Notes: generated by a model from the sequence alone, not told the origin. DNA of 64,000 bases from Acutalibacteraceae bacterium (GCA_045578085.1 JAZNJO010000063.1:275-64274), one strand, 5' to 3'. Shown: positions 53,555 to 62,688, numbered from the stretch's first letter. Numbers and translations: made by a program.

Positions 53555-55214
53555 ATTCTTCGACAAACTGTCCTTTTTCCAGACGGATCACCCGATCGCA
53601 TACCTCCATAGCCGCAGGGCGGTGGGAGATGCACAGGCAGGTGCGCCCCGACAGGGCGCGGAGATTCCGCAGCACACGGGCTTCGGTGGCCTCATCCAGC
53701 GACGAGGTGACCTCGTCCAGCAGGAGAATGGGTGCCCCCGACAGCACGCCGCGGGCAATGGCCAGGCGCTGGAGCTGCCCCTCGGACAGACCTGTGCCCC
53801 GCTCCCCCAACACCGTATCCAGCCCCTCGGGCAGAGCACGAATGGCTTCGTCTACGCAGGCGGTCTCGGCCGCCGCCCACACCGCCTCGTCGGTCACGTC
53901 ACCGCAACAAAAGGCGATATTCTCCCGCACCGTGCCGGAGGTGAGCCGATTCTGCTGGGGCACGTAGGCGAACAGACAACGGGTGTCGCCACCCAAGGGG
54001 AGAGTCTCCCCCTCTGTCTGCGCCACCAGCCGCCCCTCCTGAGGAGTATAGAATCCGAGGAGCAACTGAAACAGGGTGGACTTGCCGATGCCGGAGTTAC
54101 CGGTGATGGCCACGAACTCCCCTTTCTTTATGATAAGAGCGGCGTCGGTGAGCACCGGCGCCTCCCAATCGTAGGCGAAGGTGACCCCCTCCACCTCGAT
54201 GGTATCCAAGCGGGAATAGAGCTCCTCTGCCGCCAACGGCTGCTCGCGGCGGGGCTCCTCGGGCAGATGAAGCAGCTGAAGCAACCGCTCTGCCGAGGCC
54301 AGCATATTGTAATATTGGGGCAGAACACCCGACAGATTCATAAAGGGGATGCGCAACTGTCCCACCAACTGCAAAAAGGCGGTGAAGGTACCAAAGGTAA
54401 GAGTATCCGCCATCAGTCCCACAGCGCCCCACAGCAGGGCACCGTAGTAACTGCCGTTAAACAGCAGGTATATCCCTCCGTGCGCCAGATTGCTCCATCG
54501 GGCACGGCGCACCTCCGCCGCCAAGTGGCGGTCCATCCCCTGCCGTAAGCGCTTCCGCACGGCATCCGCCCCCGAAAAAGACTGGATCACCGTCCAGTTG
54601 GCCAGACTTTCTTGTGTAAAGGATTTGACCTTGCCATCCTCAGCTTGGCATTCCTTGTGGAGGTTTTTCATTTGCTTACCGTACATACGGGTGGACAGCA
54701 CCATCAAGAGTCCCGCGCCCACCAGTATCAAGGTGAAGCGCAGATCCACCGTTGCCAGCACCGCCACGCAGGCCAGCAGGCGCACCCCCATCCCCACCAG
54801 TTGAGGAATCAACGTTACCAGTGCGCCGACCACCACCCGACTGTCGGAGGTGAGGCGGTTGAGCAGTTCGCCGGAGTGATACTCCTTCACCTCCTGCCAC
54901 CGCTTACGAAACAGCGCCGCGGTGACGGTATCCCGTATGCGGATATCCATCCTGCCCGACAGCCGCACCCGCAGGGTGCCCGACAGGGCGTTGAGCAGCG
55001 CCTCCGCCACCACCAGCGCCAGCAGTGCCGCGCCCCAGTGCCAAAGATTGCCCTCCACCACGCCGGTGGCGGTGTCGATGACCCGACGGGATAATAGAGC
55101 AAACAGCACCATTCCCCCTGCCATCAGACCGCTGACCACCGACAGTGCGGCCAATCCACCCGTATGGGGTCGGGCGATCTGCCCGATCCATTTGTTGGCT
55201 GTGTTGGTCTTCAT
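53553..55214 (-). CDS. ABC exporter, fused permease-ATPase (no C39 peptidase domain)
   Basis: Six-TM N-terminal half. GNSGIGKST Walker A, LSEGQLQRLAIARG signature, ILLLDE Walker B. Confidence 0.85.
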   Translation of the reverse strand: MKTNTANKWIGQIARPHTGGLAALSVVSGLMAGGMVLFALLSRRVIDTATGVVEGNLWHWGAALLALVVAEALLNALSGTLRVRLSGRMDIRIRDTVTAALFRKRWQEVKEYHSGELLNRLTSDSRVVVGALVTLIPQLVGMGVRLLACVAVLATVDLRFTLILVGAGLLMVLSTRMYGKQMKNLHKECQAEDGKVKSFTQESLANWTVIQSFSGADAVRKRLRQGMDRHLAAEVRRARWSNLAHGGIYLLFNGSYYGALLWGAVGLMADTLTFGTFTAFLQLVGQLRIPFMNLSGVLPQYYNMLASAERLLQLLHLPEEPRREQPLAAEELYSRLDTIEVEGVTFAYDWEAPVLTDAALIIKKGEFVAITGNSGIGKSTLFQLLLGFYTPQEGRLVAQTEGETLPLGGDTRCLFAYVPQQNRLTSGTVRENIAFCCGDVTDEAVWAAAETACVDEAIRALPEGLDTVLGERGTGLSEGQLQRLAIARGVLSGAPILLLDEVTSSLDEATEARVLRNLRALSGRTCLCISHRPAAMEVCDRVIRLEKGQFVEE

Positions 55215-55217
55215 ACA

Positions 55218-55790
55218 TTATCTCCCTTTGATTAAGCGGCGCAGGCGACGGGGAATCCCGTAGCGAAGCCGTTTGGGTAATCCATAAAAGAACAGGATCG
55301 TCTGCCGCCAAGGCAGCAGACGGTGCCACCGCAGACGATTCTCACGATAGGCAGCGTCGGCACAGTCCCACCGCCGTCCTTTGCGGATAAAGGCGGTGGC
55401 GCAGGCCACGATCTGGTCGGGGGTGATCCCCTCTTCCCGTTGCCATTGGGCGTCCCCCAGCAGGGTGTACCGCAGGTCGCCCCCCTGAGAAGGACGGCTA
55501 TCCCCGCCGTAGCAGGTCACGGTGACGCCGTCATCCCGCTCCACGATGCGGTGCAGGACGTATTGACCGCTTTTGCGGCGATAGAGGGGCACGTCCCCCA
55601 CGGACAACGCCGTAGGGTCGACGGCGGTCAGCACCACCTGATCCCGTTTGTCCCGCAGAAAGGGACACATACTGTCCCCTGTGACCGTGAGGATCACCTC
55701 CTGCCCCTGTTCCAAGCAGGCGGTCATCAGAGGGGTCAGCTGTGCCATGGGCAACAGGGTCACGGCGGGTTCTTTCGCTCGTTTATTCAT
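55218..55790 (-). CDS. S24/S26-type serine peptidase-like protein with Arg-rich C-terminal extension
   Basis: VTGDSMCPFL (GxSMxP nucleophile motif), ...YVLHRIV (His where Lys is usual), C-terminal RLRWHRLLPW...RRLRRLIKGR. Confidence 0.6.
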   Translation of the reverse strand: MNKRAKEPAVTLLPMAQLTPLMTACLEQGQEVILTVTGDSMCPFLRDKRDQVVLTAVDPTALSVGDVPLYRRKSGQYVLHRIVERDDGVTVTCYGGDSRPSQGGDLRYTLLGDAQWQREEGITPDQIVACATAFIRKGRRWDCADAAYRENRLRWHRLLPWRQTILFFYGLPKRLRYGIPRRLRRLIKGR

Positions 55791-56049
55791 CCAGCATACC
55801 CTTTTCCCGTAGCGTGGAGATAAAGGCGGCCACGTCCGCCGCCGCCACCGACTCCTCCACCGCGTACTCCGAAAGCAGAGCAGCGGTCAGTTCTTCGGGG
55901 GTAGCGCCCTCGGTCAGCCGCGCCCACAAGAAGGCACCGCTCTCATTAAGGGTGAGAATGCTGCGGAAATCCACCGTCCGCTCGCCTACGGGCACCACCA
56001 CGTGGTGGTCTCCCACCTGCCTTAACAAAAATCCGTCTTTCAGTTTCAT
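55783..56049 (-). CDS. PqqD-family protein (RiPP recognition element-like)
   Basis: 88 aa. ...ILTLNESGAFLWARLTEGATPEELTAALLSEYAVEESVAAADVAAFISTLREKGML is the canonical PqqD/RRE pattern. Confidence 0.75.
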   Translation of the reverse strand: MKLKDGFLLRQVGDHHVVVPVGERTVDFRSILTLNESGAFLWARLTEGATPEELTAALLSEYAVEESVAAADVAAFISTLREKGMLDE

Positions 56050-56052
56050 CTC

Positions 56053-56925
56053 TTACATCTCCTCTTGGGGAAATACCGCCCGCACCACCGTCTCCACCGC
56101 CTCGGTGCTGATGGTGCAGGTAAGCAAATATACGGGTACGCTTGCCAGCAAGCGCTCGATAACCTCTACGGTGCGTAGACCCAGCGGCGCATCGTAATAG
56201 GGACGGGGAATCTGCCCCGCCAAGCGGGCATAGGCCTCCACCGTATCTAGGGGACGGATGCGATTCTCCCCACCCCGCTCGATAAACACGATGGCCTCCA
56301 AGGGGGCGGACAGGTTGTGGTTAAGGGCGTGCTTGCCGCTCCATGGCGTGCCCCACAGCATAGGGGTATCCCCCGCAAAGCGGATGGCCGGCTTATCGTC
56401 GTTGATCATCTCCACCTCGTCACCGAAGCGCTCACGCCACAGAGAGGTGTGGGTGGACTTGCCCACACCCGAATCGGCGGAAAAGGCGATACCGTGTCCC
56501 CGCCAACAGATGGCGGAGGAATGGAGCCAGCCGCCCCCCAGCACCGTCATCCGATCCTGAAAGGACAGCCCCGTCAGCAGGTATTCATTGGCGCGGTTGC
56601 TCATCTGGGGATGACTGCCGTCCGCCCGCAGGCGGATGTCCACCCGCCGATAGTCCTCGTCATAGGCGGTGGCAAAAAACACCGTGCCGTCCGGCTTGCG
56701 TCCAAAGCGGCACAGCCGCCCATCGGGGGTACGCACCACCGTGGCGGCTTTGACCCGACGGAGCACCTCTCCCTCGGGGACAGGAATCTCCTCGGGGACA
56801 GTGACGGTGATCTCCATCTGCGCGGGAGCGCCGTCGGTGCGCAGGTAGGGCGCGTAGATAGGCTCCAATTCTTCTTTATGGGCGGCATTCACCGTAATGG
56901 GCACCCCAGCCACCAGCAGATCCAT
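56053..56925 (-). CDS. HPr-kinase-related P-loop protein
   Basis: HGIAFSADSGVGKSTHTSLW P-loop in an HprK C-terminal-like context. 290 aa. First gene of the operon. Confidence 0.6.
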   Translation of the reverse strand: MDLLVAGVPITVNAAHKEELEPIYAPYLRTDGAPAQMEITVTVPEEIPVPEGEVLRRVKAATVVRTPDGRLCRFGRKPDGTVFFATAYDEDYRRVDIRLRADGSHPQMSNRANEYLLTGLSFQDRMTVLGGGWLHSSAICWRGHGIAFSADSGVGKSTHTSLWRERFGDEVEMINDDKPAIRFAGDTPMLWGTPWSGKHALNHNLSAPLEAIVFIERGGENRIRPLDTVEAYARLAGQIPRPYYDAPLGLRTVEVIERLLASVPVYLLTCTISTEAVETVVRAVFPQEEM

Positions 56926-56959
56926 CTTCCTCTCCCCTTTCTATGATATATACATAGCT

Positions 56960-56988
56960 ATTGTACCAATTTTAACACCGTTCGTCAA
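56960..56988 (-). promoter_or_regulatory. Near-consensus promoter of the HprK-like/PqqD/S24/ABC operon
   Basis: Minus strand: TTGACG (56988-83), 17 nt ending TGg, TACAAT (56965-60). 28-nt leader to the ATG at 56925. Confidence 0.6.
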
Positions 56989-56992
56989 CCAT

Positions 56993-57030
56993 AAAAAAAA
57001 GAGAGTCGGAAGACCTCAGTCTCCCGACTC
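56993..57030 (-). terminator. Strong intrinsic terminator closing the head-only operon
   Basis: Minus strand: GAGTCGGGAGACtgagGTCTTCCGACTC followed by TCTTTTTTTT. Confidence 0.7.
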
Positions 57031-57168
57031 CCACGGAGAATCAGCCGCCCCTAACAGGGCGGGGCTTGGTTGTCTTTGCGCGAGCGCGGTGCACCCGCAG
57101 ACGGTGCTCCATCACCAGCACCTCCAACCGCTTGCGGTCGTAGAGGGGATGGCGCCTATCCTGCCTTG

Positions 57169-57525
57169 TCACAGGGCGCTCACCTCCCCCAACAGATCGC
57201 GGCGGCGGTAGGGAGTGCCGCCGGCGTGGGTCAGGGCACGGAGATACAGCTCCAGATAGCGGTCATAGGGACCGCTATCCTCCGCCGCCACGCAGAGCAG
57301 GGCGGCGGTGCCGTAGGTCATGGCGGGCAGCAGGCGGGGGCTCAGCGCCACCTTCTGCCGCAGATGGGACAGAGGGATAAACTCCCCCTCGTTATCCCGA
57401 TGCCACAGCTCCCCGTAGATCTGGTTAACCGCCAGCAGGCCGCTCTCGTCCCCGTCGTCGGCGATAAGCCGATGGGACTGTCCCATCAGGCTCAGCGCCT
57501 GCCGCAGGATGCTCATACCGGTCAT
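57169..57525 (-). CDS. Head-completion/connector-like protein (118 aa)
   Basis: MTGMSILRQALSLMG.... Same position and similar N-terminus as prophage gene 18990-19361. Confidence 0.5.
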   Translation of the reverse strand: MTGMSILRQALSLMGQSHRLIADDGDESGLLAVNQIYGELWHRDNEGEFIPLSHLRQKVALSPRLLPAMTYGTAALLCVAAEDSGPYDRYLELYLRALTHAGGTPYRRRDLLGEVSAL

Positions 57526-57551
57526 ACCGTCACCTCCTTACAGGGACGGTA

Positions 57552-58463
57552 TCAATACACGTAGGCGTAGATACCGCCGCTCAGGCTGTCCTTGACCACC
57601 ACGTCGTAGTACAGACGGTAGTCCAGTTTCCAAGCGTCCGCCTTCAGGTTATGGGCAGGGTCAAAGCAGCGCCCCTGCTCGGTCTTTTTGATGAGAGATG
57701 CGGCGCGGCGGGGCACCAGCAACAGACCCACGCTCTTGGCGCCGTCCGCGGGGGTGAAGCCGCCCGCCTCCTGACCGGAAGTAGTGCCGTCATAGAAGTC
57801 GTAAGCGGACTTCATGCGGCTGTCCGGCACGGGCAGAATGGCCACGCCGTTGAGGCTGGTGACCTGAGTGTGCAGTTCGCCCTTCTTGAACTCGTTCATC
57901 ACCAGATGGCGGGAGATCTCGGGGCTGTCCTGCAAGGCTTTGAGCATACTGCCGTCCACAAAGGCCACCAGCTCCTCCTCATAGCCTACCGCATTCTGGG
58001 CCTTGGCGATGGCCTCACTGAGCATGGTGTAGGCCTCCTCAGCGGGGGTGCCGGTGACGGTCTGGGACTTGGTCACCGCCAGACCCGCCAACTTGGACAG
58101 CACGTAAGCGTCCACCTCGGGCACCACGCGGGTACGGACGAACTCGCCCATCACCTGACCCGCCAGATCGGCAATACCCGACTCGTCGCCATCCTCACGG
58201 TCCAGCTGGAAGGAGCGGCCGCGGTCCATGGTCAGGGTGAAGGGCTTAGCGGTAACCGCCACAGTACCACTGACAAAGCCGGTGTCGCGGTCATAGTCAC
58301 CCAGACCCGAGATGTTCACCTCGGGGATCATTACGGTCTTGGTGCCCACGAACTTGCCGCGCAGGTTGTTGTCCGCCATAAAGCCGGTGACCGGCTTCTG
58401 CACCACGGCCTTATCCAGCTCGTCGGTCATTTTGATAGAAATGGATTCCAGATTCAAACTCAT
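57552..58463 (-). CDS. Major capsid protein (303 aa), paralogue of 19765-20676
   Basis: Same length as the prophage copy. Many identical blocks are shared (see that entry). Ends GIYAYVY. Confidence 0.7.
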   Translation of the reverse strand: MSLNLESISIKMTDELDKAVVQKPVTGFMADNNLRGKFVGTKTVMIPEVNISGLGDYDRDTGFVSGTVAVTAKPFTLTMDRGRSFQLDREDGDESGIADLAGQVMGEFVRTRVVPEVDAYVLSKLAGLAVTKSQTVTGTPAEEAYTMLSEAIAKAQNAVGYEEELVAFVDGSMLKALQDSPEISRHLVMNEFKKGELHTQVTSLNGVAILPVPDSRMKSAYDFYDGTTSGQEAGGFTPADGAKSVGLLLVPRRAASLIKKTEQGRCFDPAHNLKADAWKLDYRLYYDVVVKDSLSGGIYAYVY

Positions 58464-58486
58464 TAATACGTTCTTCCTTTCTCAAA

Positions 58487-58843
58487 TTACAATGCAGAGC
58501 GGAACGCTCGGAGAAACGCGTCCTGCTCGGGTGGGGTGTGGGTGGCGCCGCGGGACAGACTGCCCGCACTGCGGGCACCGGCCTCCTGCTGCTTTTGCAG
58601 GGCGGCGGCCACCTTCTTCTCCTCCTGCCAGCGATGCCGCAGATAGGCATCCAGCAGAGGGATGCCCTCCTCGGCGGCGGTGTCCAGCACCCCGTCGGGC
58701 AGGGCGGCAGGGTCGGTGAGCTGAGGGAACTCGGCGGACAGGGCGATAAACTCCTCTGCCAGCCGTTCCGTGGCGTCCTCCACAGGCGCCGCGGTCTCCT
58801 CAGGGATCACCTCAGGGGTGGTGTCGGTTACGTTTGGTTCCAT
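58487..58843 (-). CDS. Short scaffolding-like protein (118 aa)
   Basis: Aligns only with the N-terminal acidic tip and the C-terminal about 90 aa of the 271-aa prophage scaffold (…AEEFIALSAEFPQLTD...LLDAYLRHRW vs …AAEFAELREEYPEVTD...LLDAYLRYER). Confidence 0.55.
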   Translation of the reverse strand: MEPNVTDTTPEVIPEETAAPVEDATERLAEEFIALSAEFPQLTDPAALPDGVLDTAAEEGIPLLDAYLRHRWQEEKKVAAALQKQQEAGARSAGSLSRGATHTPPEQDAFLRAFRSAL

Positions 58844-58866
58844 AGGTTACCCTCCTCGGTGAAATG

Positions 58867-60480
58867 TCAGCCCATCTCCTGCAACAGAGAATCCAGTCGG
58901 GGGACGTATCCTCTGGGCAGGCGGCTCAGGTACTGTTTCTTATCGATGACGCCGCTCTGATAGAGATTATCCAGCGTCTCGGCGGTGCGGGTCTCGCTGT
59001 AACGGTCTCCCTCCCCCGCCTCCACGCGAATATCCAGCAGCAGACGGCGGCAGGCGGCGCTGTCGAAGGGGGCGTACCAGACCCCCTGCTCCTCGCAGAT
59101 CTTGAGGGCGCGGTCACCGTACATACCCATCCAGAACTCCGCCCAGATCCGCGCCACCTCCTCCACAAAGGTATAAAAGCGGTTCTGCATCATGGTGAGC
59201 GGCATCAGGGATGCCTCTCGCACCGCGATGATGGCGGAGGTGTTGGTGGGCTCCACGTCGCCCAGCAGGGTAGCGCTGACCCCTGCCTGGGTCATGGTAT
59301 CCCGAATCAGTCCCTGCACGTTGGTGTCCAACTGGGCGGAGAAGGCGGGCGGGTCCACATACCGCACCGCCTCCCGCACCTCTTCACCGGTGCCGTAGAC
59401 GGGGATCACCTGACCCGGGTCGTTGGTGATGGGCTGGGTGACCACGTCTCCATTAACCAGCATAATGGGCATACCCATCATCATACCCGCCCAAACAGCG
59501 GCGGACACGGTGCGGTTAATGGCGATCTGGTTGGGGATGAGATAGGGGATCTCGCTCTCACCGTAGCCTTGCTGGCGGCGCTCCTCCCAGCGGAATACCG
59601 CCAAGGGATAGAGGCGCAGCCCCATCTCCCAAGGAGCGCGCACCGTCACGTCGCCGCACACCTGCATAGCCTTGACGGTGGGGGTGCCGTCCTCTGCCCA
59701 CTCCTTCCAGAAGCGGGTCAGCAGGGTGGCGTGACCCCCCTGCCCGTTGTCCTCATCCCCCACGATGCGTTGCCAGTCCCGACAGCCGGCAGCCTTGGCC
59801 TGACGGCGCAGGGCGGCCACGGGGCGACGCTGGGCGATGAGCAGGTAGGGCTGCTGCTGGATGTCCTCCACGGTGGGGTCCCCCAAATACACCTGCTCCA
59901 CGTCCAGCACCTCGGCGGCAATGTCACCGCAGATGGGGGTGGTGGCGGCAGTGTCGGCATACTGCCCCGTCCGGATGCGGTCATCCCAATAGGTATACAG
60001 CACACCCGTGCCGCTGATGTAGGCGTTGCGCAGCACCCTCTGTTTGAGATAGTCCAGCCGCAGACGGGCGGCGGTGGTGGCGAAATAGTCGGTGAGGGCC
60101 GCCGCCATGGCCTGTGCCCCTGCCGTCGCCTGTAAAGGCGCCGGACTTTCTCCGCGCCGCAAAGCGGTGCGGTAGGCGCTCACCTGCTCCTGCACCGTGG
60201 CGGTCAGGGGCAGCCCATCCGCCTGAAAGCGCACCCCCACGGGGGCAGCGCCGACCACCGCCATTTTGTAGTCACCGATGCGCTTGATGACGTTGTACCG
60301 TACCAGAGGACGGCTGTCGCCGCAATGGGCGCCGTGCCACTGGTCGCCGGAATAGAACCGCTCGTTGATGCGGCTCTGCTCATACAGACCCCGCTCCCCC
60401 AGCTGCCGTTTATAGTCGGTGCCGCGTCGGTATTCCTCCTGCACCTGCTTGGGGGTCACGGCTGTTTTCTTACTGCTCAT
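58867..60480 (-). CDS. Portal protein (537 aa)
   Basis: RGLYEQSRINERFYSGDQWHG...YNVIKRIGDYKMAVV. Homologue of 17076-18923. In the canonical position after terL. Confidence 0.7.
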   Translation of the reverse strand: MSSKKTAVTPKQVQEEYRRGTDYKRQLGERGLYEQSRINERFYSGDQWHGAHCGDSRPLVRYNVIKRIGDYKMAVVGAAPVGVRFQADGLPLTATVQEQVSAYRTALRRGESPAPLQATAGAQAMAAALTDYFATTAARLRLDYLKQRVLRNAYISGTGVLYTYWDDRIRTGQYADTAATTPICGDIAAEVLDVEQVYLGDPTVEDIQQQPYLLIAQRRPVAALRRQAKAAGCRDWQRIVGDEDNGQGGHATLLTRFWKEWAEDGTPTVKAMQVCGDVTVRAPWEMGLRLYPLAVFRWEERRQQGYGESEIPYLIPNQIAINRTVSAAVWAGMMMGMPIMLVNGDVVTQPITNDPGQVIPVYGTGEEVREAVRYVDPPAFSAQLDTNVQGLIRDTMTQAGVSATLLGDVEPTNTSAIIAVREASLMPLTMMQNRFYTFVEEVARIWAEFWMGMYGDRALKICEEQGVWYAPFDSAACRRLLLDIRVEAGEGDRYSETRTAETLDNLYQSGVIDKKQYLSRLPRGYVPRLDSLLQEMG

Positions 60481-60676
60481 TCTGTTCCTCCTCTATGGGC
60501 ATCTCCGTGCCGTCGTAATACAGAAAATTGCGGTTTTCCTGCCACGTGTGGGTGGCGGGCGGCACCGCAGGGGCGGCGATCAACGCCCCCTGCCGAGGGG
60601 CAGGCAGCCAGGTGAGCAAACACTGCACCACCGCTGCCGTCAATAAACCGCCCATATAGCCGATAAATAGCCACAT
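60470..60676 (-). CDS. Small membrane protein (68 aa)
   Basis: AGGAG 8 nt before the ATG. MWLFIGYMGGLLTAAVVQCLLTWL...NFLYYDGTEMPIEE. The longer ORF in the track overlaps terL and was rejected. Confidence 0.45.
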   Translation of the reverse strand: MWLFIGYMGGLLTAAVVQCLLTWLPAPRQGALIAAPAVPPATHTWQENRNFLYYDGTEMPIEEEQNEQ

Positions 60677-60690
60677 ATTCGTTACTCCTT

Positions 60691-61986
60691 TCATCCCTGC
60701 CATCCTGTGCGGGGCAGACCATAATGCCGCACCCGCTCCTCGCGGCGGGGCGAACGGGGCACATCTTCCATAGCGTAGCGCAGGGCATCCATCAGGTGGT
60801 TGTCCCGATCGCAGGGAATATTGCGCCACGCGCCATCTCGTCCCCCCGACTCCCACCGATAGGCGCCCAGCTCCGCCGCCGTGTGGACGCATCGGGGGTG
60901 CACCACCAATCGGTATTCCTGCAAGCGGGCAATGCCTGCCGCCACCGAATCCCGTCCCTTGCCCGCAGGACACAGGCGGGTCAGCCCCAGTCGCCGCAGG
61001 TCGTCGTTGGACTTAGGTTCGGCGCTGTCGGCGCGGATGCGCTCCTTCTGATACCCTTTGCGGCGGATCATGGCGGCGATATCCTCGTTGAGCATCCGCT
61101 TTTCGTAGTGCTCGTCGTAGATATACAGTCGTTTGGTTTGTTCCTCCACCGCCGCGGCGATGAAGGCGGTGGGGTCATTGGTGTAGCCGTAGTCCAGTCC
61201 GAAGATGTGCCGCATCCCCTCCCGCCGCAGGTCAGACAGTGGGAACGCCTCCACCTGCCAATTCTCGAATACCAAGCCCTCGCTGTGTCCCCACTCTCCC
61301 AGTCCCGCCACCGCGTACCGACGGGGGTTTTCCACCCGCATCCGCTCGTATACCGCCCGATCCGTGTCGTCCAGAAACTCGTTGCACCGATAATCGGTGG
61401 TGATGGCCAGCACCTGCGGATCGGAACGGTCAAAAAAGCGGCTTTTGAGCCAATGATTTCCATCCCACGGATTAAAGGTCACCGTGGTCTGCTTAAACAG
61501 AGGTGGCGGCACCTCGCCACGGGGCACCGACAGATCCAGCTTCTCAAAGTCCTCCTGCCGCCCGATCTCAAAGGCTTCCCCCACCCACACCCAGCACAGG
61601 TATCCCTGCTCCACAGTGGTGGAAGCCAGCTTCTCCACGTTGTCCAAACCGCGAAACAGCACCCGCTGTCCCGTGGGGAGATAGGTCAGCTCCATCGGCT
61701 CCTTGACGGCGCGCCACAGATGCTCCACCCCCAGACGGCGGATGGCCCACCGTAGCTGGGCGAAGGTGCTGTCCACGTGGGTGCGATAGACGTTGCGCAC
61801 CACCAGCAGATTAGCCTTTGGATATTTCATCAGGTGGTAGATATACCATAGGGCGGTGGTGGTGGATTTCTTGCTTGCCTTACCGCCCTTGACCACCCGA
61901 TAGCGGCTGCGGCAGTCCCAGAAGGCCCGATAGCCCCGTCCCACCACCTCCGGCAGGCAGACGATGTCCGCATCAAGCCTCCACAT
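60691..61986 (-). CDS. terL: Terminase large subunit (PBSX-type), paralogue of 21971-23302
   Basis: Shares RYRVVKGGKASKKS, TTALWYIYHLMK, FKQTTVTFNPW, FGLDYGYTNDPTAFIAAAV, AEPKSNDDLRRLGLTR and DRDNHLMDALRYAMEDV with the prophage terL. Confidence 0.85.
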   Translation of the reverse strand: MWRLDADIVCLPEVVGRGYRAFWDCRSRYRVVKGGKASKKSTTTALWYIYHLMKYPKANLLVVRNVYRTHVDSTFAQLRWAIRRLGVEHLWRAVKEPMELTYLPTGQRVLFRGLDNVEKLASTTVEQGYLCWVWVGEAFEIGRQEDFEKLDLSVPRGEVPPPLFKQTTVTFNPWDGNHWLKSRFFDRSDPQVLAITTDYRCNEFLDDTDRAVYERMRVENPRRYAVAGLGEWGHSEGLVFENWQVEAFPLSDLRREGMRHIFGLDYGYTNDPTAFIAAAVEEQTKRLYIYDEHYEKRMLNEDIAAMIRRKGYQKERIRADSAEPKSNDDLRRLGLTRLCPAGKGRDSVAAGIARLQEYRLVVHPRCVHTAAELGAYRWESGGRDGAWRNIPCDRDNHLMDALRYAMEDVPRSPRREERVRHYGLPRTGWQG

Positions 61987-62173
61987 AGCGCCGCATCATC
62001 CGCATCGCCTCGCACAGTTCGTCCATTTCCTCCTCCAACAGAGCCACTCGCTTATCGTAGACGGTGATCTCCTTGGTCAGACGCTCGTGCCGCTCCCGCA
62101 GCTTCTGCAAGGATTGCTGATAGGTTTCCAAAAGTTGTTTCATTTCAGTCCGGAATAGCCTCCTCTCCCACAA
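61973..62173 (-). CDS. Small coiled-coil protein (66 aa)
   Basis: …LLEEEMDELCEAMRMMRRY. Related to prophage orf 21792-21974 but located upstream of terL rather than downstream. Confidence 0.45.
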   Translation of the reverse strand: MWERRLFRTEMKQLLETYQQSLQKLRERHERLTKEITVYDKRVALLEEEMDELCEAMRMMRRYVEA

Positions 62174-62552
62174 AGATGACCGGCGCCATCGGAGCGTCGG
62201 CGTTGTCCTTAGCCGTCTTTTTGGGAGGGTCTCCCTCGTAGCCGGCGTGATTTTTCAGATATAGAATGTGCATATTGGGGCTGGTTCCCCTCCGCAGGGC
62301 GTGCTCCATCACGCTGGCGGTGGCCTCGCCTCCCGCTCGACGGATGGCGGCGATCTTCGCTTTGGCACTGCGGGTGGTGCCCTCGGTTTCCCCCTGCAAA
62401 ATGCGGCAGAACTGCCCCAGCTCCATATCGATTTCCGCCGCCAGACGCTCCACGGTCAGGGGCACCTCCTGCGCCGCGGCGTAGGCTTTGGCTCGCTGGA
62501 TGGCCGCCTCAATGTCCGCCAGCCGCCGTTTTTCCAGTGGTGTATCGTGCAT
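62145..62552 (-). CDS. terS: Terminase small subunit-like protein (gp3-packaging/HTH type), unrelated to the prophage terS
   Basis: …LTVERLAAEIDMELGQFCRILQG...NMHILYLKNHAGYEGD resembles the GP3_package-type TerS pattern (…F.LKN.FGW.D). RBS ACGGAGGA. Confidence 0.5.
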   Translation of the reverse strand: MHDTPLEKRRLADIEAAIQRAKAYAAAQEVPLTVERLAAEIDMELGQFCRILQGETEGTTRSAKAKIAAIRRAGGEATASVMEHALRRGTSPNMHILYLKNHAGYEGDPPKKTAKDNADAPMAPVIFVGEEAIPD

Positions 62553-62688
62553 GGTATCCTCCGTTTTCGGTGTTCAAATGAAATGCATTCCGTTGTCTCT
62601 TCGACGGCCTCCTCGCGTGGCATTTGCCGTGCAAATGACAGAGGAAAGGTCGATTTTTCAAAAAAGTGCAAAAGAAAAAGCCCTCGGC

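Noticed and set aside
57040-57111. 23-aa ORF (MEHRLRVHRARAKTTKPRPVRGG) with a good RBS, considered as the missing RiPP precursor
   Set aside because: It lies upstream of the RiPP-like operon's promoter and inside the phage-derived transcription unit, before that unit's terminator. It is highly basic with no Ser/Thr/Cys-rich core. It may be a tiny phage ORF, or nothing.
60470-60973. 167-aa ORF overlapping the 3' end of terL
   Set aside because: Only the last 68 aa are preceded by an RBS. That part is hydrophobic and homologous to the prophage small TM protein.
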